DNA of 64,000 nt. Origin: Trichinella spiralis. Its lineage: Eukaryota. Shown piece by piece: positions 39,144 to 54,100 of the stretch. The first letter of the stretch is position 1, and every line of letters begins with the position of its first letter. The notes below the pieces were generated by a model that did not search any database, was not told the DNA's origin, and saw only the letters and a program-made list of their open reading frames with translations. The position numbers were made by a program, and so were the translations under genes. The stretch covers positions 1,503,639 through 1,567,638 of the forward strand of contig NW_003526944.1 in NCBI RefSeq assembly GCF_000181795.1. The letters run 5' to 3'.

Positions 39144-42100
39144 TCACATACTTTCGTGACCACTCAAAATGTACAAATTCACCGCATTCTGATTATCTGA
39201 CTGAGTTGAATCTACTTGGCGATGAGATTCCAGCACAATCAATCTGTCAAAAAGAAGATTAAACTCTCAAAAATAACTAAACTACAGTACAGTACAGTAT
39301 CGTATACAGTACGCTATAAAATCTCACCTATCCGAACCAATGACTCTGTACTCTTGAGACTTGTCTTCAATATCTTGAGTAATCTAAAAAACAAAAAAAA
39401 ACAAAACATAGTTCTCTTTTTTTAATGAATGATAAAAAAAGAAACCTTGCTGTCAATGAAGCTGCGACCCTGCATGCCATATTTGTGAAAAGCTAGCACA
39501 CTATCTGATAAACATACTAAGAAAATAGTAAACGATCTTAATTGCAAGTAAAATGCATTAAACAACTGCTTTATATATGTATATTATTACCGATGCGTTC
39601 AATTTTGAATGGAAATTCAAATTCTGCAGGTGCGTATCGACTCGACTTCAATTTCCCCTTGAAATTCACGAGTTTAACTTTATCTAAAAAGCGAAGAAAA
39701 AAACAACAACATGACTTTTTATTAAAAGAATATTAATTTTTACCTCCATGCGCAACCAGTACGACGTCTTTTTGCAATTGCTGAACTGCACTGACATCAA
39801 GCAATGGTAAATCTGTTCAAAGATAAAACATTACAAATGAAAACCAATATTATGATCCACAAAAAGCATACTTAAAAGATGGGGTTTGGAAAATGAAGTT
39901 TCTGTAATGTTCAAATCGATATAATCAAAAACAACATGTTTTCCGCTTGGTCTATAAAAAAATCTTCAAAGAAAAATAGAAAAAAATTTTCAATTTTTCA
40001 TCCCTACTCTGCTCGAACACCGCAACATACTACCGGATATTGATGCTCAACAGGAATAAACATTTCAAATACTGGGATCAGAGAAGGCATCGTACATTCA
40101 ACAAGCTGAAATTTTAAACAAATAAACGCAGTGCATAAGAATGAGAATAAATTATTATTAATTTACCTTAATTCGAAGAAATTTTTGCAACGGTTCATAC
40201 CATTGCATCAACAGGATACCAGTGGAAATAGCTACGGCCAGAAAGCGATGACCGTGGAATGGATTCAACGCGACACAACATCTTGTGCAGCCTTTGGTAT
40301 TCGCTACACGACATGAGATCGCCAATCGCCGGGGCAAAATCTTTGCCGGCAATCTGTCCAACGGTAAACTGGACAATCGATTGGTCAAATTCGCACTGTG
40401 CAAACTTATCAAACTATGTCTATACAAGTGTGTAGTTCTTCCTTGAAAAACAAAGAGAAAAAAAACCATATATTACATACATAAATCTTCGTAAATAATA
40501 ATACGAAATATCCATTGTTGTCTACCTTGAATTGCCATCAACGTGTCCTTGTAAACGTACATCCAAGAACAAGGTCGGAAACAGATCTACAAACATGAGC
40601 ACGTAATTTTGAAGTGAATAAAAAAATGAAACTGTCTCACAGTTGAATGAAAAAAATATTTACTCGTCTCAATGTAGCTTCGTGCAGTTTGTTCAAATTC
40701 AACGAATAAATTCCTTCACTTGCACCGATCAAGATGTGCTGCTCTTTGGTCTCGGAATGGATCCAACTAGCGGAACATTGGATATTGAGAGGACATTGAT
40801 TGAAAATTTTCGAAAAACAAGCACCCATCACAACCTTTGGCGTTGGTGGCAAGCCAAATGCCGACTGACGCACATTAGCTCGACTACGGTGTTCTTTGGA
40901 ACGACGTCGGTCCGGTGGAACTGGAGGCAAGTAAGATTCGGAATCACTTCCACTAGAACTATAACAACCTTGCAATTGTACTGTTTCCTCATCGCCCAAC
41001 AGTAAACGATTCAACGTATGGCCTAAAAGCTAAATCAGACAATCAAAACAAAACAAAACAAAAATTATAATATGCAATTAATTAATCCATGCTTCATTTT
41101 TTAATTTACCAAATCTGGAGGTGTTCCACTGCCGTTCACTTGCAACGTTTGCCCTTCATCGTATCGTGCATTTGTCAAAGTAGCATCACTAGTTGTCGGT
41201 TGTTTCTGCTGCTCGTCGATCTGTGCTTTCTTGTTCCGGTCTCGCCCGACGCTTCAGAAAAAAAAATTTGTTTTTTTTACATTACAATAAAATATATTTT
41301 CCCTAGATAAAACTTACTGACGAGCAGCATTGGCTTGTCGATCGTCACTTGAGCATCGGTCCACGATGCCCCAGCGCCGCAAAATATCGCTGATGCTTTC
41401 AGTTTCCTGAACTGAAAACGGTGAATCAATCACCGGAACCGGCTTGCAATTATTCTGCGTCGACACACCTGCAAATTAAAATTTCATATTACAAAAATAA
41501 AAAATCAAATATACGTTTCGTTTCTGTTTATGAAGTTTACAATATTAAAATTATGATAATCATACTTGGACGAATTCGATTCACAGCTTCAGGCTGTACA
41601 GAACTGGACCGTTTGGAGTGAATTTCCTTCGGTGCTCGACTTGGTCCTGGTTCGTCGTCTTCCAATTCATAATTCTGCACCTCTGCTGTGGATGTTTGAC
41701 CAGAATTGTTCACTCGATCAAGCAAATCCCTGGTCAGCCGATTTGTCAATTTTCCTTGCAAGAACGGCGAATACTACAACAATCAATACACAAAATATTC
41801 AAATACAACTTTACCTCATAAACTAAAATATACTGTGAGTAATTTTTCCGGTGTTGGGCGTTTTTTGGGATTTTTTGTCAACGACTGCTTGACAAATTCG
41901 TGAAAAGCCGGCGACCAACGGATCTTGTCACGCAGTGAAGGTGGCTTGTAGTTCGGCTTGGACATCAAAACCAAAACACGCATTGGATGCAGATCGAACA
42001 GTGGCGGTTGCAATTCTGCCAACTCGATTGCTGTGATTCCAACTGCCCAAACATCGCACAACTGATTGTATCCACCTTTGCGCTCAACGGCTGCAACTTC

Positions 42101-43988
42101 TGGAGCCATCCTGAATAAAAATTAAAATCATAAACATGCGAGCAATAATTATCTTTTTGAAAAATTCATCACCAATATGGGGTGCCGATAAATGATCGCC
42201 GCTTGCTAATTGTGGCAGTAATCTGGGCTGCAACGCCAAAATCCGCTTCAAAAATATAAAAATACAAATTACATCCTCATTCATTTATTCAGCATAAAAA
42301 AAATTATACTCACCTAATTTAACATCTCCATTTTCAGTGAGCAAAATGTTGGCACCCTAATAAATTGAGTTAATTCAATTCAATTCAATTCAGTTGAACT
42401 AATTCGATTCAAATAAATATAATTATAAACAATATAAAGATTGAAACAAACCTTTATATCTCTGTGTATTTTCCCCATACCGTGCAGATATTGTAAGCCT
42501 TTCAAAGTTTCACGACAAACGAACGCAATTTGAAGCTCTTGCAAAGGACCCGTCACTGAAATGAAAAATTATACTTCAGACAACAATCACTTAGAAGGAT
42601 AAGGGCAAAAAAATTTCCCCACTGTGATAAATATCTTGAAGTGAACCGCCGCTACAATATTCCATCACTATCCAAAGTTTATCTCTTCTAAAATTGAAAA
42701 AAAATTAATTTTTTTAAATTAATGAAATCAAATTACAACTGACCGAAGATAGCTGTTATAATAAGCAATAATATTAGGATTTTTGCATTCTTTCATCATA
42801 ACAATTTCCTGTTGAATGACAGAAAAATCATCGCCTAAAAAGAATCAATCAATTTAGTGGAAAAGATCAAAAACATCGGCAACAACGAATGATGGATGAA
42901 TGTGATGAAGAGAAGCGCACATTTGCACAAGGGGATTTGAGCAATTGAAGAATATATAAATATAATTCACTGGACAAGTAATGACACTTTTATTTGATTT
43001 AAAAGTTTGCCGATGAATTGTTATTCTGAAATTTGAAAAACCCACTCGTCGTTGCCATTCAAAAGCTTGACAATATGGCAAACAAAGAAGCCCAGCTTGA
43101 CCAACAAAATTACACCATTTTTAAGAATCAATCAAACAGCACTGGATAATGCAAAAATTCTGGATTAAAACGGACAACTGTTATGTAAAAAAGTTCTCCA
43201 TTCTTCAACTCATATCACACACAGTGGACACTAATCGTCTATCGATTGTTGGCCAATAAGTTTCAACAACAACAATAATAATAATAAATATATATTGATA
43301 AAATAATTTTAATATTGACGAACAATTTAAATAATTTCCACATGATTTTACTATTAAAAGAACTCAAGAGAAAAAAATTTACAAAATAAACCGTATACCG
43401 AAATTATATGATAATGTTTAGTATTTAAGTTATGTCCTTTTTTCGTTATTTAAATAAGCTTATGATTAATAATTTAAAACGAAACTCTGAAAACAGCTGA
43501 CGACATGACCAGCTGCTACGTCAGACTAAGCCGTTCGTCAGAAGTATCAATAAATAACTCATCAATTCAAATAACACATCTATACTACTCCAATGCATTA
43601 GCTAATATATTAATTTCAATTCTCGAAATATTGAAATAATAATAATAATAACAACAACAGTACAATAAAATTTGTACTGAAGATTTTAAATTTAATCAAA
43701 TAAATGATCATAATAAAAAAATAATTTCTTCAAATGTATTCCAAATTGGATATGAAAAATTCTTACCTGGTTCTAATTTGATCACCTTGACGGCGGCAAA
43801 TTCTCCGGATACAATATGCCTTGCCTAAAAATTTTTATTAAAATCGAACATTATCAATTCAGTATTACAGCAATTTGACAGTTTTTTGAAAAATAATTAA
43901 TTACCTTGTACACAGCTCCGTACGTGCCACTGCCAACCCGTTGCAATAGTTCATAATCATCGCTCGGATTGCGACGGTTAAAATCCAT
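39144..43988 (-). CDS. STE20/GCK-I family kinase (MAP4K3/MAP4K5-like) with C-terminal CNH domain
   Basis: [46 protein letters not shown]...[73 protein letters not shown]. Confidence 0.95.
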
Positions 43989-46697
43989 CACGCACCGCCT
44001 ATATACTCACCGGCACAAATACAAAGTTCCTATTAATAACTAAAAATAAAATAAAAAAATAGAGAAAATATTAAGTAAAATTTTTGAAATAAATTCTTCA
44101 AATTCTCCAAGTAAAATGAGAAAAATTTCATTGGAAAATGTTAAATGAAGCAAAACTGCTTCGTACTGATCATGCAATGCTAATAATTTTCCCTTTTCCC
44201 TTCTCATCCGTGGAACATACGCAAGCTGTTCAACTGAATTGAAATGAAAATTGCTGAAACTGGCATGACAATTCATTCAGTTGTGCCAAACCAAAGCACG
44301 TCAAAGTGCTTCTTCACATGTTGGCCGAAACAGAAAGGCAACATCAGATACTAATTATCGATCAGAGAAAAGCATTGGAAAGTGATCGGCAGGAAAACAG
44401 CCAGCCAACCAGGCAGCTAGCCAGCTAACCTCCCCCCTCCCTCCACTACCACCACCACCACCACAAAAATCCCTTTCACCAGGGATACAATTAAACGATG
44501 AAATAATTTTCCAAGTTCATTTTCAACGATTTCAGTGGGCAATGTTGATTTTAAAATTGAACAAAAAAAACTGTAACTATCAAATATTATCATCATGAGC
44601 ATAAGCTGAAAACGAGAAGAAAAATATATCACGCAAAATGCAGTCAATAAAAAATGAAAAGCAGTTAAATTTTGTTTTTTGAAATTAACTAAAATAACAA
44701 TGAACAGAGAGAAATGTGTGATTTGAAAAAGCACTTCTATTTCCGTGATTAGGAAAACGACGCAAAATGGCAAGGAAGAAGGAAGTTAATTCTTTCTTCA
44801 AACTAGAACGTTTGCTTTCATTCTCCATTTCAGTTGCTGTTTTTTTACATTACTATTATTCAATGCCGCTTAAAAAATGATGAAAAATCTTTACTTGTTC
44901 CACAGATTGATCGCGTTAATAAAAATAAATTATGCTGTTGTCTTTTAGGGTGATGCATGATAATCAATAGAAGTCAAAGGTGAACTGCCGAGAAATAAGC
45001 GTGTGAAGCAGTGCTTTGGCGCTTTACGCGTTGAAAAACTATTGCAGCACAAAAAGATTCATCAGACTTTGTTAAATATCCGCCAGCCAACGTCAATTCT
45101 TGAAACCCTATCAGAAATGCAACATCCTAATAAATCTATCAAGTGAACAACGTCTCTTGAGGCATGCGTTGCACAAATGTCGACCACTGCTCAAAAAGCA
45201 ATTAGCAAACGCAGATGATCTACATTTCCCGCTTAACTTACATAATTCTATGAACACGTAAACAAATCATCTATTGTAATTATGCATGAAAAAAAACTTT
45301 AAAATGTGTGATAAATTGATAAAAGAATGTAGAAAAATTTAACTATTTAGCTTAGTTTCAAAATTGCTAAAAATGCGTCAAGAACTAGATACTGCGTTTT
45401 GCATACAACGGTTATTAACAAGTATTAGCTTTGAATAAATTAATATTTTAATATCAGCTGAAATAAATTTTAAATTTAAAAATAAACAAACATATTTTGA
45501 ATTTGAACCTGAACGCTATTTACTATAACCATTTACTACTAGTTTACTGAAACTAAGTTTTATCAGAATTTAATAACCTATAAATTCCTTTATTAACCTG
45601 TAAAAACACTGTTTTATTAACCGTAAAAGTAAACATTCGCCACAATTCATCATAAAATAAAACAGCTGACTGTTATTTAATGTAACAAACTAAAGTGTAT
45701 AAACATTGTTATGATCATTGCTTACAAGGTCAAACGCTGCCCGTAAACAACATGCAAACGGTTGATCATATTATTCTGCAAAAAAAAACGACACGTATTC
45801 GTGAAAAATCACAAATAAAAAACACTTGATAAGATTTGAAAATAAAATCTCATCGTCAGGTGACAAAGGCAATTTAAGCTATCAGTTTCAAGTGTATCAA
45901 AAAATTATCGAAAACGTAAACCAAATTCAATGTACAGCTATCAAATTGAAAAAAAAGAATCAAACGTGTGTCGTATAAACACTGCCATTATATGAGTCAT
46001 CGTCAGTGAACGCATTTAAAAATGCCAAGAGTGCGCTGAATCAATAAAACAATCAACAAACCATTTGTGGGTCTGACAAGACATCTATCATCATGCAGTA
46101 GTGCGGCTGTTACAAATATAACTCAAAAAGACATTAAACATCCAGTTAAAAAAGGCGCAGCGATTTAAGAAATGCAAGTTAAACGCAGCTGAACATTTTG
46201 GAACATTCAAGAACATGTTTGCATATCTTTTATTCTGATTCTACTATTCATATATATATATATTTAAACAGTCAAATTGAAACATCGAACGGCAAACAAA
46301 AGAACTCAACTACGAAGACGAACAAACTATTTATCAGCATAGAAAAAACTGCCCATTTAAAACAAAAATGTGCATGTATCATCATAAAGTTAATTCAACA
46401 ACGAAAGATACACAGAGTGAATTGTCTGACACAAAAATATTTCTAGCACAAAATAGTAATAATTCATTCACTTACCCATTTTCGAAAAACATAAGAATTC
46501 AGCCATTCATCTGAATCATTCTTTAAAACTACTGTATTTAAGAACGTAATAACATAGCACCAGAATCGACAGCACAAATGAAATAACTGATTTCCACTAC
46601 AGTATGAAATTTACTTTTCAAATACAAACTTGATTTTTTTTGGTTTTGAGTACTGTAAGAAGTAGCAAAGTGAACTCAATATTCTGTTCAATGAACG

Positions 46698-48008
46698 ATG
46701 AATTTCTTTAGTTTACGTACTTTGGCAGTATTATCTGCGTCGACTTTGATTTTATTATACTTTAAACGTATAAGAGATTCTCATTTAAAAAGATGTAAAA
46801 GTAAAAAATCACTTCACGGAAAAGTGGTTCTGATAACCGGTGGCAGCTCTGGACTTGGTCAGTGTTTTTCTGCACATTTAAAATTTACATAAATTTACTA
46901 TTATAACAGCATACTATTATTACCTAGTTAAAAGTGTTTATTATTTTGTGCTACTGAAAACGATGCTCTGAACTGTGCATACACTGTTAAATTTGTATAT
47001 TTGCATGGCTTATTTATATATTAAATAAATGTTATATTAAAGGCTGTTTGTATTTGTTATATAAAGGCTGGTAGATAAAATCTCTCATAGAATACACATT
47101 CAATCAATATAGACATTTTAAAATTAGTTCTAATTGCTGATTCATTTGAATTGAACATTCATTTCAAATAAATGAAAGCTTTTCGTTTAGGACGTCAGTT
47201 GGCCATAGAGATGGTGAATCGCGGTGCAACAACAGTCATAGCATCACCAACTGAAATTCGAGGTCGCAGGGCAGTCGACTACATAGTATCGAATTCTAGT
47301 TGTTCAACACCGAAAATTACTTGGCTTCCTTTAGATTTAGCTTCTAAAGATTCTTTAAAAAAGTTTTTCTATAACTTTTGCCGCCAATTTACACATTTAG
47401 ATATTTTAATTAACAACGCCGGCGTAATGTTTTGGCCATATGACGTGACTAGTTATGGAGTGGAATATCATTTGGGTGTTAATCACATCGGTCCGTGTTA
47501 CTTGACAAAATTATTCTCAGATATGTTGAAGCAGTCCAAGTCGGCCAAAGTGATTTTCATATCATCGGGCAAATACAAGAGCGCGCAACTGCCGATCAAT
47601 ATGGAAACTCCTTCTCCAGAAGAGTACAACATGCACAAGCAATATGCGACAAGCAAACTTGCGAATATTTTGTACGCGATGGCGTTGGACAAGCAATTCG
47701 AAAGTTCAAAGGTGCCGATCAAAGTATTTTCAGTTCGACCGGGCTTTATCCGAAATACCGAATTAGGCAGACGCATCAATGGATTTCTGATCCTTTTATC
47801 CTTTCCGTTCATATGGTACTATTCCATCACAGCAAAACAAGCTTCTCAGACAGTTTTACACTGCTGTCTTGAAGACGATATACCGTCTGGTAAATTGTAC
47901 TTCAATTGCGAACTAGACACAGATGGAGAACTGCTCTCAGAGGAGAACATGCGTAATGTTGCTCGTAAAACGGATGAAATCATTGAAAATGTATTTTCTG
48001 AAACTTGA
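46698..48008 (+). CDS. Retinol dehydrogenase 11-14-like SDR (intact motifs), two exons
   Basis: LHGKVVLITGGSSGLG|, LDLAS, LDILINNAG, VNHIG, YATSKLANILY; intron ~46858-47190. Confidence 0.93.
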
Positions 48009-48223
48009 ACAAACATTACACGCTTCTTTCTTTATATAAAATTAATGATAAGTATGCTAAACAAATAAAAAATTAAATATGTTGTGTTCACACTTTCAAC
48101 GCATCGTAATTGTTTCATTATTGATAAAAACAAAAGATAAAATGTTTCAAACCATCACAAGCCATTTTATTAGAATCAAGCAACACCGCATTTGAAATAC
48201 AATATCTGGGCCGTAAACACAGT

Positions 48224-49425
48224 TTATTCCTTTCTCTCGGTTTCTGCAGGTCTCGGTCTACCGTGCATTTCTGCCCTTTTCATTTTCAAACGTTCTTCTC
48301 GACGCTTACGTGCTTCTTTATTTTTCAGACGACGAGCTTCTGCTTGATCACTACAACAAACACATTCAGTATTTGAAATATATAATGAAATGTTATAGTG
48401 AATGAATTTAAAAAAAATTATTTTTGCATACGAAAGAGCCTTTGCTCTGAGCTTTTCAGCTTTTTTCTTGAAAATGTATTCCATCAATACACGTTTGTTC
48501 TTGAACGTGTTACCTTTAGCTTTCAGGTACAAATCTCGGTAACTGTGAAGAAATAAGAACAAAAAGTAAGCTGAACAAGTGAAAATAAATTGCATCAAAT
48601 TTACAGATGCTTGTCAATCTTTTTCGCTTCACGATATTTTCGCAACAGTCGGCGCAAAACTCGAATACGACGAATCCAAAGAACCTTTGACGGCATTCTT
48701 GCATTCGCTGTACCCCTGCGCTTACCGATGCCCATGTGTCGTCCCTAAGTGTGCAAGCAGAAAAAAAGCAAAGCAAAATTGTACATTCTTTTAATTTATA
48801 AATTAACAACAATTACTTTTCGTCGTGCTTCAAGACGCTTACGCGTACGGGCACGAGAATGTACAGCAACTGGCTTCTTAATAATAAGACCATCTTTAAC
48901 CAGCTTTCTAATATTTTGTCCTGAAATAAATACATGGTCAAAGCATAAATAGTATTGCGACAATGGAGTATAAAATTACGAAGTAAATAAAAACTAATAA
49001 CTTTTGCCAAACCATACTAAGATTCACTACATGCAATCATGTAAATATAAATAAACTGCGCGCAAAGTACTCGTGTGCTTTTTTTAATCACACCTTTGGG
49101 GCATGCAACAGAAGAAAAGCAGTGCAAATTCAACAAATGCACGTACTATAAAAAATATGAAAAGTAATATAAAACATACATACATAAATATATAGTTATA
49201 TTATGTAAAAACTTCATATTTAAACACAATATAAAAAAATAAACCAATTTTACTCGAATTTGCATTGGAAATTTCATTCGTCTCATTAGGATCCAACCAA
49301 ACTTTATTCTTTCCACATTTTAGAACGATAGAGGCAAGCCTCTTTTGAAGTCGTAAGTTACTTAAATATGCAAAAGTATGATTACAGTTTGATTATTTAA
49401 AAAAAAAACAAAAAACGTACCTCAT
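48224..49425 (-). CDS. RPL19: 60S ribosomal protein L19 (eL19)
   Basis: ATGAG|intron, [76 protein letters not shown]. Confidence 0.98.
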
Positions 49426-50679
49426 CACAACGCATCAACCGGACAACACTGCTACAGTATGACTCTATAGCATGACGTAAAGCAAGTACAATTGTTAATT
49501 TACTAAATATTGTAAAGAAAGCAAATACTGATTAAATTCGATTTTAATGCTTCGCTATTTGTGTTTCTGCTCATATAGACTATTTATATCTGCTCATATA
49601 AACTAATAAGTATTTTTTTGAATGCTGCTTCCTCTTCTGCGTTGTTTTCAACTTTTATAAAAATTTTATGAATTTAATTTGCAAAAATATAAATTTACGA
49701 TAATATTTTTTACTTCATTAATTCATTATGTAATATTTTAGTAAATATACTTATTGTCAATAAATCGTTACATGTAAATGATGAACATGAACTAGGTATT
49801 ACTTTTATGACAAATTTTAAATGACGGAAAGATGAATTTTGTAAAAAAAATTACATTAATCAAATATCTTTGAAACTGAAAACCATTAATATATGATACA
49901 TTCAACTATTCATCTGTCATTACTTTTCGTGTTATGATTTCAATCGACTGACTGGTAACTGCAAAGTAACCCAAGACACTTTTTGGACGCGCAAATTATC
50001 TTAGGATTTATTTACCTAAATAAAGTGAATTTTAAATTTTAAATTGAAATCAAAACTTTCAAACATGACTAAGCGACACCTGAGTGACATTTTTCCAATG
50101 AAAATACAATACCATACACAGAAAGAAAGTCATTCATTTCTGAAGGAAAGACCCAGGGCAAAAAAACGACCTTCATTTTCAATGAAGAAACCTACTAAAA
50201 AATGAAATTATTTGCCCAATTAGAACTATTGACATAATTGCTTGTACAGTGACGACACCGATAAATGTTTTAAATTGTCGTCGATTTGATGAATATCATC
50301 CAGTTAGCTGGCTAAAAATAGTTATATTATTTCCATGTACTCTTAAAAACAGCAATAAAATAAAATGCCCAAAAGCAAAAGAAGTTTCACAAAAAATTGT
50401 TTCATTTGCAATCAAGTGGTGTGAAAAATTATTTTCCAGTAAAAAATTGATAAAATACGTGCGAATTTTGTTCAGTGTGGTGAAAAAAAAATTACAAGAA
50501 TCAATCTTAAAAAATTTAAGAAATCACTTTTCAAAACCACAAGACAAAAACGTACGTGATAATGAATAAAATGGTTTTTTAAAATTTCATCCACATCACA
50601 ATAAAAAAAATTACATTGAGTTCTATGAACAGAGAACACAGAAAAATCAAATACGAAAAAAAATCAATTATATAAATCT

Positions 50680-50699
50680 GAGAGAGAGAGAGAGAGAGA
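50680..50699 (+). repeat. (GA)n microsatellite
   Basis: GAGAGAGA run upstream of the ADAMTS gene. Confidence 0.9.
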
Positions 50700-51154
50700 T
50701 GACTTTATTTAGTACATAAGCCTAATAAAGAGATGTTATTAAAATGGATTATTGTTTACTTTTTTTTGAAAGCTTTCAATAGCATGCATTAAAAATCTGC
50801 TGAAATAGGAAACTGATTGAACGATGAATAATGAAAAAGTATCAGAAATCACCGTTTATCAAGTCGACTATTGAAAAGCAAGCTCAAGTTGAAAGCAACT
50901 GTAAAGCGTGATCAAATGCCGCAATGAGACATCGCATTGTCCATGCCAACCAACCCTCGAACTCATGCCACGCCCACTTGCTACGTTGAAAAAGCAGGTC
51001 AGTGGATCAGAAGGGCCCCGTTTTGCCTGAAGCTGTGTTGCGCAACTGAAACCAGCGACCTGAAACGATAACCGTTGTCACCAGTGATGAACGACGTTAT
51101 GAGCCATCATTGCAACGTTGACGACCGTCGATTTGGCAAATCTTGCCCAAAAAC

Positions 51155-54100
51155 ATGACGTCCCGTCGTAATCATGGACTGTTTACGATGCTTATTGGAA
51201 TTTTGATATTTGGCTTTTTGCTCAAAATCGCTCTGCTCATCACAAGTCGTCGTTACAATCCCAATCCGCTTCATTTGCATGATGATCCCGAACGCCGTAT
51301 GCATCAAATGAAAAACATTACAATTAATAAATACATTCTTCAATTTACTTTTTTCAGTGTCAGCTTATGAAAATATTCAAAATTTGAAAATTGATCGCAG
51401 CAAGAATACCTACAATGAAAAACTACTTGTCAGCTTTGAAGCGTTTAAGCAACATTTCATGCTCGTCCTCACACCTGTTGACCCATTGGTAAGCAAGGGA
51501 GCAAATTTTTTCATTCAAAATGGACCCAAGCGATCATCCCTTCTACCAAGGCATTGTCATTTTCATGGTCATGCAATTTCACATGGCAACAAATCAGTAG
51601 CCTTGTCTATCTGCAACTCCATCGTAAGTATTCATTCCGCTTTTTTCCATTGTTTCTTTGTTTCACTTGCTGCTAAAAACAAATTTCATTGATACTTTCA
51701 TACTGTTGACAAAATTGTGATATTCAAAACCGACAAATCAATCAAGCATCATTTCACTGCACAGGAAATATATCACAGTTTCAGATATAACCTCTTCTGG
51801 TTGAATGAACTGAACTGAAAAAAAAATTAATAAATGCAGTGTATATTATAAATTATTTTTTCAACTACAGCAGAGTTGAAATAATTTTTATGGTGATCAT
51901 TTTGCTTTCTTTGTCATCGAGCTAAATGGAAGCTCAAAATTTCAAACAAACATTTTCAGCTAATTAACCAACAATAAATAATCTGAAACATACACTGCTC
52001 GCTTGGTATAACTCACCTCTGTAACCAGTGTACAACAAAGCCAACAAGTTTGTAGGCAACTAGTTTCGATGCAGATGAGTGATGAAATGGTTAACGATCG
52101 AAATTTCTATCAAAACACTGATTATGAATTAATTGTTCAACATGAAAAATATACATATTTATTTATTGATTGCACAAAAGCAATTTTCTATTTCATTTTT
52201 TCAGAGAGGTATTCTGATTTTGGACGACCATTTTCTCGTAATTCAACCTCTACTTGATCATGGAAGTAAAATGCCAAGTCACGAGAATCATAGTAGCCAT
52301 GTCATTTACAAACGATCCGCTTCATTGAATGGCTTTCAACAGAACGAACTGCTTCAACATATCGAAGATGTTTCATTCAACGTGGTTCAACCTGAACAAT
52401 TCTGCGAAGTCAGTAAGTAGAAAATATTTTAAATACTGCATATGAAGCCGCTCAGCACGAACATTTAAATGAAAAGCAAAATCACTGTCTGTCTTCTCAG
52501 CTCCACCACCATTGGAACAGATGCCGTTGCTGGTGCAAAATGATTTTGCTGGTCGTACATTGCCGGATACGTTGAAACTGGAATTAGCTTTATTCCTCGA
52601 CGACCGACTGTGGCGTCGTTTTGAAAAACTGCACAAACATCATGCCGAATCCGAACTACAAGACTATGCACTTTCCCTAATCAACAATGTAAAATGATGC
52701 GAATTAATTTCTGAAAATGTTGAAAACTTTTCAGAATTCTTATTGTTGAAGGTAAATTTGCTATATCGACAACCAACAATTCGTCCAAAGTTGAACATCG
52801 TCGTGGTTCATCTTGAAATGTGGAAAACAGAACCAGTGAGTCGCAAAAATTGTTTTCATTTAAATTCGAATCTTTTCTCCATTTTCCAGGAAAATCTCAA
52901 TGCCCAATTGCACAAATATGGTGAAGCTCAATTTTTTCTCGATCAATTTTGCCAACTGCAAGGACGCTTGCGAAAAGCCGGTGCCCACTGGGATCACGCC
53001 ACTCTGCTCACTGGGTAAAATTTACCGTGAATATAATAATATTTTCCAACATCCAACGTGCACCGCTGTTTCAAACTTGATATTCCATTTCAGCTATGAT
53101 ATTTATCATACGTCGACCAGTGTAGCCGGTGTGGCGCCGGTGGCTCGAATGTGTGATACACAGTTCAGCTGCTCGTTGATCGAAGGAAATCATCTCGGCA
53201 GATCATTTGTTCTCGCCCACGAAATGGGTCACAAGTGAGGGATATTCATTTTCATAGTACTCAAGCTGCGCCGATTCATCCATTCATCCATTTGTACCAA
53301 ATCTAGCATGGGCATGCTACACGATGGGGTGCAGAACCAGTGCTCGCAAAGCTGCTGCTTGATGTCGCCGGTCAATGGCGCCGGTCGAACAAATTGGTCA
53401 CCTTGTTCAGTACGAGAGTACCAATCATTCTTGGTTGACATCACGTACGTATTCAAATTTCATTGCTTAAGTAACTGGATGAAAAAAGACATTGATTCAT
53501 TATTTTTTTCTGTCGCAGGAAACCAGAAAGTACAATTCCAAATTGCCTATCCAATACCGAAGAAGTGTCACCTGCACTGGTGCTGGGTTCGACAATCCCT
53601 CAGCTACCTGGACAACGTTATACGGCAGATCAGCAGTGTGAATTTTTCTGGGGAGACGGTTATTTAAATGAAATTCCGGATGGAAAAAGCCGTGAAGTAT
53701 TTCAAATTCATATTGAACAAAATATTCGATGTAAAATTTCATATTCAACCATAGGACATATGCCACGTGTTGTGGTGTAGCAACGGTGGCGCCACAATCT
53801 CTTCAGCTCATCCCGCACTCGAAGGAACATGGTGTGGAAACAAAAATGTGAGATGCGTAAAATAACAATTGTACTTCATTTGAACAAAAAAAAACATATT
53901 CAGTGGTGCCGTAATGGAAAATGTGTGCCGTGGTTCAAAGACGAAGCTCCTGAGCCTGTCGACGGTCAGTGGACCGAATGGTCAAGAGCCCAACACTCTC
54001 GTTGCTCGGATTGCGTAATCGCGAATGCAATTCGCCTCCGAAGTGAGGTTCGCCACTGCAAAGCTCCGGCGTAAGCGGATCATGCGTACTTTCTGCTTCA

